64,000 nucleotides of DNA from Kiloniellaceae bacterium. Lineage in GTDB: Bacteria; Pseudomonadota; Alphaproteobacteria; Kiloniellales; J153. The stretch lies in NCBI GenBank assembly GCA_021776135.1, contig JAJFGL010000040.1:3967-67966 (forward strand), in the 5' to 3' direction. Shown in pieces: positions 21,357-29,822 of the stretch. Position 1 is the stretch's first letter. Each line of letters begins with the position of its first letter. Made by a program: the position numbers and the translations under genes. The notes under the pieces were generated by a model. It was given only the letters and a program-made list of their open reading frames with translations. It made no database searches and was not told the DNA's origin.

Positions 21357-21548
21357 GTGTCTAAATCATTGGCTACGATCGCATTTGCGTTCGGAATTTT
21401 GGTCATTGCATCCGGATCGGCCCAGGCCGGTGGCGGTTGCGGTGGTATTTCGCACGAGGCGCAGAGCGCGTCCCTGGAGACCCTAACCGCCTCCACGGGC
21501 ACGCCTTCTCTGCCCCAGACTCCGAAACCCGAGACCAAGACGAATTGA
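21357..21548 (+). CDS. Small secreted protein (63 aa), unknown function
   Basis: GTG 21357 is preceded by AAAGGAGGTGAT with a 7-nt spacer. A signal-peptide-like N-terminus (SKSLATIAFAFGILVIASGSAQA) is followed by GGGCGGISHEAQSA...TPKPETKTN. A strong terminator follows. The track ORF (21291-21548) is the same frame. Confidence 0.55.
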   Translation: MSKSLATIAFAFGILVIASGSAQAGGGCGGISHEAQSASLETLTASTGTPSLPQTPKPETKTN

Positions 21549-21577
21549 CCTCGGGGGTGCTTTTGCGATAAGTCGGG

Positions 21578-21610
21578 AAGGCCGCCCTAGAACGGGCGGC
21601 CTTTTCTTTT
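21578..21610. terminator. Rho-independent terminator (possibly bidirectional)
   Basis: The stem aaggccgccc / gggcggcctt has the loop tagaac and is followed by ttttctttt. It lies between convergent genes ending at 21548 and 21617. Confidence 0.7.
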
Positions 21611-21616
21611 GTAACC

Positions 21617-21946
21617 TTACTCCAGACCGTGCCGGCGCATCTCGGCGCCAAGGCGGCCGCTCAGCCAGAGGGCGAACATACGAAAGTCACTGAACAGGGA
21701 CCAATACGGATGAGAGAAGCTGGCCGGGCGGTTGCGCTCGATAAAGCTGTGGCCGCCCCAGGCAAATCCATAGCCGGCGATAACCGCGGCGGTGATAAAA
21801 CGCAGATCCGCTAGAATTACAGTGCACGCCAGGAAAACGATAGCCAAGCCCGTGCCGAGGAAATGCAGGTGGCGATTACCCGGCTTGCGATGATCGGCCA
21901 GATAGTCCGGCCAGAATTCGTTGTAGGTTTTGGCGCGGCGGTCCAT
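21617..21946 (-). CDS. DUF962 (Mpo1-like) membrane protein
   Basis: ORF track 21617-22030. Start moved to MDRRAKTYNEFWPDYLADHRKPGNRHLHFLGT (ATG 21944-21946). The family assignment is from memory of the YGL010w-like pattern. Confidence 0.65.
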   Translation of the reverse strand: MDRRAKTYNEFWPDYLADHRKPGNRHLHFLGTGLAIVFLACTVILADLRFITAAVIAGYGFAWGGHSFIERNRPASFSHPYWSLFSDFRMFALWLSGRLGAEMRRHGLE

Positions 21947-22048
21947 GGCGCGGTTCCATACGTAGCGTCTAACTTGTAAAGCGGCCCAGGGTGCCTTACT
22001 TGGCAGTCCCTGCCCGTTACCAGACAACATAAAGGGTGAGTTACGACC

Positions 22049-23065
22049 ATGGGATACAAAATTGCCGTCGTCGGCGCGACCGGCGCCGTGGGGCGCGAAG
22101 TGCTGACCACCTTGGCGGAGCGCGAATTTCCGGTCGACGAACTGGTGCCCCTGGCCTCGGAACGCTCGGCGGGTCAGGAGATTTCCTTCGGCGAAGACGA
22201 GGTCCTCAAGGTCCGCGACCTGTCCGGCTTCGATTTCAAGGGCACCGATATCGTGCTGTCCTCCCCCGGCGCCAAGGTCTCAGCGGAGTTTAGCCCGATC
22301 GCCGCGCGCGCCGGCGCGGTGGTCATCGACAACACCTCCCACTTCCGCATGGACCCGGATATCCCCTTGGTGGTGCCCGAGGTCAACCCGGACGCCTTGG
22401 CCGGTTACGGGCGCCGCAACATCGTCGCCAACCCCAATTGTTCGACCATACAGATGGTTGTCGCGCTCAAGCCCCTGCACGACATCGCGCCCATCGCGCG
22501 GATCGTAGTCGCGACTTATCAATCGGTCTCGGGCGGCGGTAAGGACAAGATGGACGAGCTGTTCAATCAAACCCGCGGCGTCTATGTCAACGAGCCGGTT
22601 AGGCCGGAACACTTCACCAAGCAGATCGCCTTCAACGTGATTCCCCACATCGACGTCTTCATGGAAGACGGCACGACCAAGGAAGAATGGAAGATGGCGG
22701 CCGAGACCAAGAAGATCCTCGACCCCGCCATCAAGGTCGCCGCGACCTGCGTGCGGGTGCCGGTCTTCATCGGCCACGCCGAGGCGATCCATATCGAGTT
22801 CGATTCCCCCATCGACGAAGACGAGGCGCGCGAGGCCCTGCGCGCTGCCCCTGGCGTGATCCTGATCGACCACCGCCACGACGAAGGCTACGTCACCCCG
22901 ATCGAATGCGTGGGCGAGGATGCGGTCTTCGTCAGCCGCCTGCGTACGGACCCGAGCGTCGAACACGGCCTAAGTATGTGGGTCGTTTCCGACAACCTGC
23001 GTAAGGGCGCCGCCCTGAACGCCGTGCAAATCGCGGAAAAACTGGTCGAGGAATATTTGGGTTAG
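22049..23065 (+). CDS. asd: Aspartate-semialdehyde dehydrogenase
   Basis: 338 aa with MGYKIAVVGATGAVGREVL and the active-site context NPNCSTIQMV. Confidence 0.95.
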   Translation: MGYKIAVVGATGAVGREVLTTLAEREFPVDELVPLASERSAGQEISFGEDEVLKVRDLSGFDFKGTDIVLSSPGAKVSAEFSPIAARAGAVVIDNTSHFRMDPDIPLVVPEVNPDALAGYGRRNIVANPNCSTIQMVVALKPLHDIAPIARIVVATYQSVSGGGKDKMDELFNQTRGVYVNEPVRPEHFTKQIAFNVIPHIDVFMEDGTTKEEWKMAAETKKILDPAIKVAATCVRVPVFIGHAEAIHIEFDSPIDEDEAREALRAAPGVILIDHRHDEGYVTPIECVGEDAVFVSRLRTDPSVEHGLSMWVVSDNLRKGAALNAVQIAEKLVEEYLG

Positions 23066-23094
23066 GCACACGCTAAAATGAGACAGTTAGATCG

Positions 23095-23988
23095 TTAAAT
23101 CTGTCCGCTGAATAACCTCTGGTGAGATTGTATGAGGCCGGCAAGTTTTCGCGAAACTAGTTTTATCGGTTTGCTATGGCGGTCATCATCGTGGCTCACA
23201 AGCCACTGGTCATGGCCCAGTTCGGCTATGACACCGGATGCACGCTCCAAGCCGGATTCCGCATCGCCTATGAAGCAAGGTAGAACGCAAAACCCAAATC
23301 CCGATAAGGCTACCTCTATCACCGTCTGAGCGGTGGAGCATTTTATCTGTGCGCTACGATGCAAATGCCGGTCTAACCAAACCGCGGACGGCGTCTTGGG
23401 GCCGGGGGGTGAGAAGGCTATCCACGGGCTGGCTTCGAAACGCCGTGCACCTGTAGTTTCAGAGTGATTGGCAATCAACGACTTGCGTCCATAGACCGCG
23501 AATTCCACGCGAACCAGCCGTTTTCCAGCCAAGCCCGGTGTTTCCGGTTTTCGGTTGCGTAGCCCGATATTGGCTTCTCTGCGCAGCAAGGCAGCAGTAG
23601 CTGTACCGGTCAAAATTTCAAGGGACAAGTTTTCTGTAACATCAATCAAGCCCGGCAAATGGCCGGCTATAAAAATGCTCGTCCAAGCGCCAGCCGCGAT
23701 TTTAACTACCGGATGCGGATCGACGGCTGAGCGCCAACGTTCGATACCAAGTATTCCCTGCTCAACGGCTTCCGCGAGATCGAGCAGTTCTTTGCCTGCG
23801 CCGGTCAGACCATACCCATCCCGGCGGCGAATAAACAACGAGAGCCCCAGCGCGCACTCCAGCGATATCATGCGCCGGCTTAAGGTGGGCGCGCTTAGCT
23901 GAGTCGTGGGCACGGCGCCCGCCAGCCCTCCGTTCCGGGCGACCGCTAAATATAGGCGGAGGTCATCCCAATTAAGTGTTTCATCCAT
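23095..23988 (-). CDS. LysR-family transcriptional regulator
   Basis: 297 aa with the N-terminus LNWDDLRLYLAVARNGGLAGAVPTTQLSAPTLSRRMISLE. It is divergent from the EEP gene and sits in an AT-richer patch. Confidence 0.85.
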   Translation of the reverse strand: MDETLNWDDLRLYLAVARNGGLAGAVPTTQLSAPTLSRRMISLECALGLSLFIRRRDGYGLTGAGKELLDLAEAVEQGILGIERWRSAVDPHPVVKIAAGAWTSIFIAGHLPGLIDVTENLSLEILTGTATAALLRREANIGLRNRKPETPGLAGKRLVRVEFAVYGRKSLIANHSETTGARRFEASPWIAFSPPGPKTPSAVWLDRHLHRSAQIKCSTAQTVIEVALSGFGFCVLPCFIGDAESGLERASGVIAELGHDQWLVSHDDDRHSKPIKLVSRKLAGLIQSHQRLFSGQI

Positions 23989-24158
23989 GAAACGTGCATT
24001 TTGAAAATATAGGTTGGTATTTTGCCATATTCATCGATCATATATCAAAAGATCCGTTAAGCGTTACAAATTTGAAACTTACCAAACGCAAGAAGTCTCT
24101 GAAAGAAGCAAGAAAGTCCATGACACCTATGTAGTGTGACATAACCGGAAGGTAGCCT

Positions 24159-24983
24159 ATGACCGTTCGAAGTAAAGAAGACGACCTTATAGGAACGCGG
24201 TTGAGGATTTTGACATGGAATATTTGGTGGCGCTTCGGGCCTTGGCAGGAGCGCCGGCCGGCCATTACCGCGACCCTAAAAAAGCACGACGCGGACGTCA
24301 TTGCCCTTCAGGAGGTCTGGGGCGATGAGACAACCAACTTAGCGCGCGAACTTGCTGACGAAATGGGATACCATCATGTGTTTGCCCCGAGCATGGAGAT
24401 TAGTGGCCTTGGACTTGGCAACGCTCTGTTATCACGCTGGCCAATTAAGCAGCATGATTCAACTTCGCTGTACGGCAAGAAAGAAACGGGCGAGGGCCGG
24501 GTTGCGATCTTCGCAGAGATTGAGGGTCCTCATGGTTCGATCCCCGCTTTTTGTACGCATTTAAATTGGAAATTCGAGCACAGTCACATTCGCCAGCGTC
24601 AGGTGAGTGACCTCGCCCGTTTTGTCGACAGCAAGCGCCCGTGGAATTTTCCGCCCATAGTGTGCGGCGATTTCAATGCCGATCCTGCATCGGATGAAAT
24701 CCGCATGCTGAAGGGGCTGACAACCTGCCCTGTCGAGGGACTTAGCTTTCACGATGCGTGGAGTGTGGCTGGCGGTACCGGGCCCGGAGTCACATGGGAC
24801 AACGCCAATCCCTATGTGGCCGTTGAATTGGAACCCGATCGCCGGATCGACTACATTTTCGTAGGTTGGCCCCAGGACCGTGGGACCGGCCACATCGTGG
24901 ATTGCAAAGTCGTTGGCAATAAACCCCTGGACGATGTCTGGCCCAGCGATCACCATGGAGTCTTGGCCGAACTGCGTTATTGA
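24159..24983 (+). CDS. Endonuclease/exonuclease/phosphatase (EEP) family protein
   Basis: 274 aa with LRILTWNIWW, DVIALQEVW, CGDFNA and a C-terminal WPSDHHGVLAELRY, all typical of the EEP fold. Confidence 0.8.
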   Translation: MTVRSKEDDLIGTRLRILTWNIWWRFGPWQERRPAITATLKKHDADVIALQEVWGDETTNLARELADEMGYHHVFAPSMEISGLGLGNALLSRWPIKQHDSTSLYGKKETGEGRVAIFAEIEGPHGSIPAFCTHLNWKFEHSHIRQRQVSDLARFVDSKRPWNFPPIVCGDFNADPASDEIRMLKGLTTCPVEGLSFHDAWSVAGGTGPGVTWDNANPYVAVELEPDRRIDYIFVGWPQDRGTGHIVDCKVVGNKPLDDVWPSDHHGVLAELRY

Positions 24984-25002
24984 TTGAATTAAGAGAACGT
25001 CC

Positions 25003-25974
25003 ATGACTGCCGTTGACTCCATCGCCGCGCGTTCCATTCAGGCGCGCCAGAGGATCCGGAACTTTGTCTATGAGACGCCGCTGATCCCCGCCAAGCAGCT
25101 GGGCCGGGAGAGCGGCACGGACCTGTATTTCAAGGCCGAGAATTTTCAGCTTACCGGGTCTTTCAAAGCGCGCGGGGCGGCGAGCAAGACGACCGCCCTG
25201 GGGCCGGGACGAGACTTGATTACCGCGTCTTCCGGCAACCATGGCATCGCCTGCGCCCATGCGGCATCCAAACTCGGACAAAGACTGACGGTTGTCTTGC
25301 CCGAGACGGTATCGCCGGCCAAGCGCGCGCGGATCGGCGCCTACGGCGTTGAGATTATCCTGCACGGCGCCGAGCCGAATTTGGCCGAGCTGCACGCGCA
25401 ACGACTGGCGGCGGCCCGCGACGGTTTGGTTTACGTTTCGCCCTATAACGACGCAGATGTCATGGCCGGCCAAGGGACTATAGGCCTTGAGTTATTGGAG
25501 CAAGCCGAAGACATCGGCAATATTTTCATCGCCATGGGCGGTGGCGGCCTGATTAGCGGCGTCGGCGCGGTGCTCAAGCACGCCAATCCAAAAATCAAGG
25601 TCTTCGGCGTCGCGGCCGAGAACTCGGCGGCTCTGGCCGCCTCCCTGAAAGCCGGGCGGATTGTCGAGACCGAACATTTCGATACCCTGGCGGACGGAAT
25701 CGCCGGCGGCGTCGATAACGATAGCCTGACCCTGCCTCTCGCCACCGTGCTCGTCGATGAGGTCATTACATGCAGCGAGATGGAAATCGCCCAAGCCTTG
25801 CGGCGCATGGCGCTCGAGGAAAATCAAATTGTCGAGGGCGCCGCCGCCTTGGCCCTGGCCGGATTTTTGAAAGCGGCGGAGCGCCTGCGCGATCAAGTGA
25901 GCATCGTGCTTCTATGCGGCGCCAACTACGACACCGCCAAGATTCTTCCCATCCTTTGCGGTACTAAGAAATAA
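25003..25974 (+). CDS. PLP-dependent threonine/serine dehydratase family protein
   Basis: 323 aa with the PLP-Lys motif FQLTGSFKARGA, SSGNHG and a Gly-rich loop MGGGGLISG. Confidence 0.85.
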   Translation: MTAVDSIAARSIQARQRIRNFVYETPLIPAKQLGRESGTDLYFKAENFQLTGSFKARGAASKTTALGPGRDLITASSGNHGIACAHAASKLGQRLTVVLPETVSPAKRARIGAYGVEIILHGAEPNLAELHAQRLAAARDGLVYVSPYNDADVMAGQGTIGLELLEQAEDIGNIFIAMGGGGLISGVGAVLKHANPKIKVFGVAAENSAALAASLKAGRIVETEHFDTLADGIAGGVDNDSLTLPLATVLVDEVITCSEMEIAQALRRMALEENQIVEGAAALALAGFLKAAERLRDQVSIVLLCGANYDTAKILPILCGTKK

Positions 25975-26213
25975 TCTCGTTCTTGACCCGTGCGGCGGCG
26001 GCCTCTTCGGTGTCGTGCGGCGCGTTTTCCTTGGCTTTGATGGCCGCGATGGAATCGGGCGTGACCCCTAAAATACGGCAAAGCAAGACCAGAAACGCCG
26101 TCAGAAAATTCCTAAAAAGCACGGCCATGCCCCTCTATTACGTAGTGACGAATATCCATTGCGGGAAGTCTAGCACGGCTCAACCCCGCCACCAAAACGC
26201 TAAGCTCAGGTGC

Positions 26214-26660
26214 TTAAATCAACAAATTGTTCAGGGCGTTGAGCAACGCAAAAACGGTGACAACAGCACAGCTAATTAGAATTACTTTGTTGGTTTTCTT
26301 ATTTGCCTTCGGTTGTTGTTTTTCCTTGCCCGGTAATTTGTCCTGTAATTTCTTCTTTCGCGTCCGGCGAACTCTCTCTAGGTATTTTTTGGTCTCGAAA
26401 TCCTTGACTCTTTTTTCGCGTGACGCGGACCAAGTGTAAATTAGCTTCTGGTTGAAAACATTCTGTTCATCGTCGTAGGCTTCATTGACGACCCTTATCG
26501 CGGAAAAACGCCGTGCCTGTTCCAAGTGAAAAGCCGCGGAAAGCGCCGCCGCCTTGTTCTGGAAACTGTCGATCCATAGCCAGTTATCATTTTTATAGAC
26601 GTGCAATTCGAACACCGACATGGATCGCGGCCGCCCAGATTTTTTGTGAAAAACCTGCAT
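26214..26660 (-). CDS. Hypothetical tail-anchored small protein (148 aa)
   Basis: ATG 26660 lies 9 nt after the DUF2336 stop, and an AGGAG overlaps that stop. The protein has an N-terminal ~85-aa domain, a Lys/Arg-rich linker (RVRRTRKKKLQDKLPGKEKQQPKANKKTNK) and one C-terminal TM helix. It is markedly AT-rich. I recognise no family. Confidence 0.6.
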   Translation of the reverse strand: MQVFHKKSGRPRSMSVFELHVYKNDNWLWIDSFQNKAAALSAAFHLEQARRFSAIRVVNEAYDDEQNVFNQKLIYTWSASREKRVKDFETKKYLERVRRTRKKKLQDKLPGKEKQQPKANKKTNKVILISCAVVTVFALLNALNNLLI

Positions 26661-26669
26661 GCGCGTCTC

Positions 26670-27932
26670 CTAGTCCTCGCTCCAGCCCACCAGACCCTCG
26701 AAGAATTCCAGCTGCCAGACCATCTCGTCCTCGCCCAGGGGGTAGCCGGTGCCGGCGCGGGGGTGGAGGACCTGATTGGGGGCGATGCCGCCCATGCGCA
26801 GTTGCAGCTGAACCGCGAAGCGCATGGAAACCTCGGCCTTCCAGGCGAGCGCGGTCACACCTTTGGCGCTGTGGGCCGAAAAGATATGTTCGACCAGGAC
26901 ATGGGGCATGCCCGCGCGCAAGGCGAGGCCGTGGCGCAGGAAATCGCGCTCGCCGGAATTCAGCGCCCGGCTCAGGGCCGCTTCGTCCAGCTTGCCGCTT
27001 TTATGCAGGCTCTTGGCTTTCGCGGCCGGGTCTTCGGCGGTCTTGCTTTTGGTATCCTCGTCCTTGAGGCGGCGGCGCACCTCCTTGGCCACCGCCTTGG
27101 CGGTTTTGCGGTCCAGGTCCTGGCGCGCCTGCAAGAGGGACAATAACGACCCGGCGACGAAACTGGCGAGCTTACGAACCGCGCCCAGGGGCAGCTTGGG
27201 ACGCAAGACCAAGGGTTTTTGCCAGGCCGTTACTTGAATCGCCCCCTCGACCAGTCCGTCCAGGGCGTCCTCGCGAATCTGGGCGCTATCGTTTTCCAGC
27301 AAGGCGGCGACGGCGCCCTGATCCTGGGTGGCGACGATGGCGTCGGCGATGCTCTCGCCAACGCCGTAGCGCCGCGAGATGGCGCGCAGTTGGCCCGCGC
27401 CGGAGCCCGCCTCGATAATCTCGATCAGGTCGCGGTCGCTCAGCAGGGGCGAAAATTCGAGAACCGGGCACGCGACCACCTCTTCGATGTCGCGGGCCAG
27501 TCTTTGAATGACCGCCGGGGGAACCTCGGCCACGTCTTTCAGGGTTTCGGCGATGATCTGTCGGACCCTGATCGCCTGATCCTGGGCCAGTATCCCAATC
27601 ACCTCGATCAGAATTTCCTGCGCCTGTTCCTGGCCGCTGGCGTCGAGTTCAGGCATGAGGTTCGCGATCTTGGCGGCCAGTTTACGGCGCACCTCCTCGT
27701 CGCGGTCGCGGGCCAGAATCAGGTCGGCCTGACGCGGTGTTTTTCTATTGGCGGCGATCCAGCCCCGGACCTCGGCCGAATCGTCCTCGGCCATGAAGTA
27801 GAGAACCTCGGGGCGGATATCCTCGCGCCGGGCAATGCCCGCGCGCACCTGCGGGTTCCTATCCTTGGCCAGTCGTTTCGATTCTTCGTAGCTTATGGGC
27901 GCTTCGGCGCCGGCCCGGACAGCCTGGGTCAT
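26670..27932 (-). CDS. DUF2336 domain protein (helical-repeat-like)
   Basis: 420 aa. The motif VVACPVLEFSPLLSDRDLIEIIEAG matches my recollection of DUF2336. Repeated D..EVR motifs occur at the N-terminus. The start overlaps the cyclase stop (ATGA). Confidence 0.65.
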   Translation of the reverse strand: MTQAVRAGAEAPISYEESKRLAKDRNPQVRAGIARREDIRPEVLYFMAEDDSAEVRGWIAANRKTPRQADLILARDRDEEVRRKLAAKIANLMPELDASGQEQAQEILIEVIGILAQDQAIRVRQIIAETLKDVAEVPPAVIQRLARDIEEVVACPVLEFSPLLSDRDLIEIIEAGSGAGQLRAISRRYGVGESIADAIVATQDQGAVAALLENDSAQIREDALDGLVEGAIQVTAWQKPLVLRPKLPLGAVRKLASFVAGSLLSLLQARQDLDRKTAKAVAKEVRRRLKDEDTKSKTAEDPAAKAKSLHKSGKLDEAALSRALNSGERDFLRHGLALRAGMPHVLVEHIFSAHSAKGVTALAWKAEVSMRFAVQLQLRMGGIAPNQVLHPRAGTGYPLGEDEMVWQLEFFEGLVGWSED

Positions 27933-29629
27933 GGCGTGTCCTCCACCGCCGCCGGGATCGACACCGCGACCGCCCCCTTACCCCGGCGCTTGACGCCGTA
28001 CATGGCCTGGTCGGCCCGCTCGACCGCCTCGGCCACGGATTCGGCGCCATCGGAGGTGCAAAAAGCGGCCCCGATCGAAAAGCCCAAGGGATGGCCGCTA
28101 TCGCCGGACAGATCCCGCAACACCGCCGCCGCTTGGCAAATTTCCCTGCCCTTGCTTTCGGCCGCCTCGGCGCCGATGTCCTCGACGAAAACCGCGAATT
28201 CGTCGCCGCCAAGGCGCGCCACCAGGTCGCGCCCACGGGTGCAGTCACGCAGTATCCGCGCGACCTCGCTCAGGGCCCGGTCGCCGCGTTTATGCCCATG
28301 GCGGTCGTTGACCGCCTTGAAATTATCCAAGTCGATAAAAAACAAGGCCGCGCCCCCGCGCCACGCCGCACGGCGGGAAAAACGCCGCTCCAGCTCCGCC
28401 AGAAAGCTGCGCCGGTTATGCAGGCCGGTCAGGGAATCCGTGGAGGATAGTTCTTCCAGTTCCTCCTGATGGGCCACTTGCCGGTTGGTAAGGCCGATTT
28501 GACCGGCGATCTCAGACAGGAGCGCGCGGTCCTCGCGGCTCCAAGGCTCCTCGCCGGGCGCCCGCCAAAGGCACAAGGCCCCGTTCCATGCTCGATCGAA
28601 ATGGGTCGCGCAGCCGAACAGAAATCCGCCGCCGGTTTCGATCGCGGCTTGGCTTTCGCCATCCCGCAGGCGCGCGATCAAGGCCTGCATCGGGTCCTCG
28701 CCGGGCATGTCGCCGTATTGGGCGGCGCGGATAATTTCGCCGCCGCGATCCAAGCGATAGACCGCCGCCCCCGCCGCCGGCAGCGCCGGCACGACCGCTC
28801 CGCAGGCCGCCGAGAGAACCCGCGCCGGCTCCATCTCCTCGCGCAGTATGCCAAGGATATGGGCCAGTAGGCGTTCCCGGTTCCGGTCGAGTGCCAGGCG
28901 CGTTTCATGGCGGCGTTCGGCGGTGATGTCGCGGCACAAACCGCGGGCGCCACGCCAAGCGCCTTCGCCATCGAACAACGGTAGCGCGGTCGCGAGCAAG
29001 CAGGCGGACTCGCCCGCGCGGTCCTTGATCCAAACTTCCATATCGCGCAAGGGCGCGCGTGCGGCGAAGGGCGAGTCCCCGCCCTGCATGACGCTATCGT
29101 CCAGGACCCCGGCCGCCGCACCGACCAGTTCGGCCGCGCTGTAGCCCAAGGCGCCCACTGAGGAGATAAAGGTGAAGCATCCGTGCGCGTCGGTCTCCCA
29201 GACGAAATCGCTGGCCGCCTCTACCAGATCCTTATAACGCTGCCGGGATTCGATCAGGGCCGCGCGTAAGGATCGCTCCAGGGTGATGTCGCGGGCCAGG
29301 ACCAGCACCTCCGCGCCCTCGCCCCAAGGCAGTATGGCGGCATCGAAGGCCAGCTCCGCCGCGCCCGCGCCCGGCGTGAGCATCAACGGATTGATTTGCC
29401 CGGGGCGGCCCTGAAGGGCGCCGGTGACCGCCTCGCGCAGGGCCGCGCCCGCCTCGGCGCGCAGCAGGGCGGCGATGGCCTCGCCGGCCGGGTTCGCATC
29501 GAGAATCGCGCCCTTCGGACCGGCGAGAAGGGCGGCGCCGGGAAAGCGGCTTAGCTCCGTTTCCATGCGGTTCGGCCCAGCCAACCCAAGCCCTCTTCCA
29601 TGGTCCCGCACGGCAGGCGATTGTCCCAT
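27929..29629 (-). CDS. PAS/GAF-containing diguanylate cyclase (GGDEF)
   Basis: 566 aa with a C-terminal LTGLHNRRSF...DLDNFKAVNDRHGH..GD...RLGGDEFAV. An RGRD I-site-like motif lies 5 residues before GGDEF. Upstream are PAS-like (DFVWETDAHGCFTFIS) and GAF-like regions. Confidence 0.9.
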   Translation of the reverse strand: MGQSPAVRDHGRGLGLAGPNRMETELSRFPGAALLAGPKGAILDANPAGEAIAALLRAEAGAALREAVTGALQGRPGQINPLMLTPGAGAAELAFDAAILPWGEGAEVLVLARDITLERSLRAALIESRQRYKDLVEAASDFVWETDAHGCFTFISSVGALGYSAAELVGAAAGVLDDSVMQGGDSPFAARAPLRDMEVWIKDRAGESACLLATALPLFDGEGAWRGARGLCRDITAERRHETRLALDRNRERLLAHILGILREEMEPARVLSAACGAVVPALPAAGAAVYRLDRGGEIIRAAQYGDMPGEDPMQALIARLRDGESQAAIETGGGFLFGCATHFDRAWNGALCLWRAPGEEPWSREDRALLSEIAGQIGLTNRQVAHQEELEELSSTDSLTGLHNRRSFLAELERRFSRRAAWRGGAALFFIDLDNFKAVNDRHGHKRGDRALSEVARILRDCTRGRDLVARLGGDEFAVFVEDIGAEAAESKGREICQAAAVLRDLSGDSGHPLGFSIGAAFCTSDGAESVAEAVERADQAMYGVKRRGKGAVAVSIPAAVEDTP

Positions 29630-29822
29630 TTACATTTCCTGACAGTCTGGTCTTCCCGGCGTCGGGATAGAATGCCTAGTTTGGCCTTAAGGGTGGCTTA
29701 AATCGTTATTTATCAGTCTCTTAAACCTTGGCATCCTGACCGAATTCGCGCCGGCGGGCGTTGACAGGCCGGGCCGTCCGGCGCATCTTCGCCAGGCATG
29801 AACCAGCGCGAGGAACACCCCC

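Noticed and set aside
25983-26279. 98-aa plus-strand ORF after the dehydratase gene
   Set aside because: It has no SD and an odd composition. It overlaps the better-supported minus-strand 148-aa gene and the small minus-strand ORF.
23095-26660. AT-richer patch as an integrated mobile element or prophage remnant
   Set aside because: It has no integrase, no tRNA target, no flanking direct repeats and no phage-like genes. I kept it only as a compositional observation.
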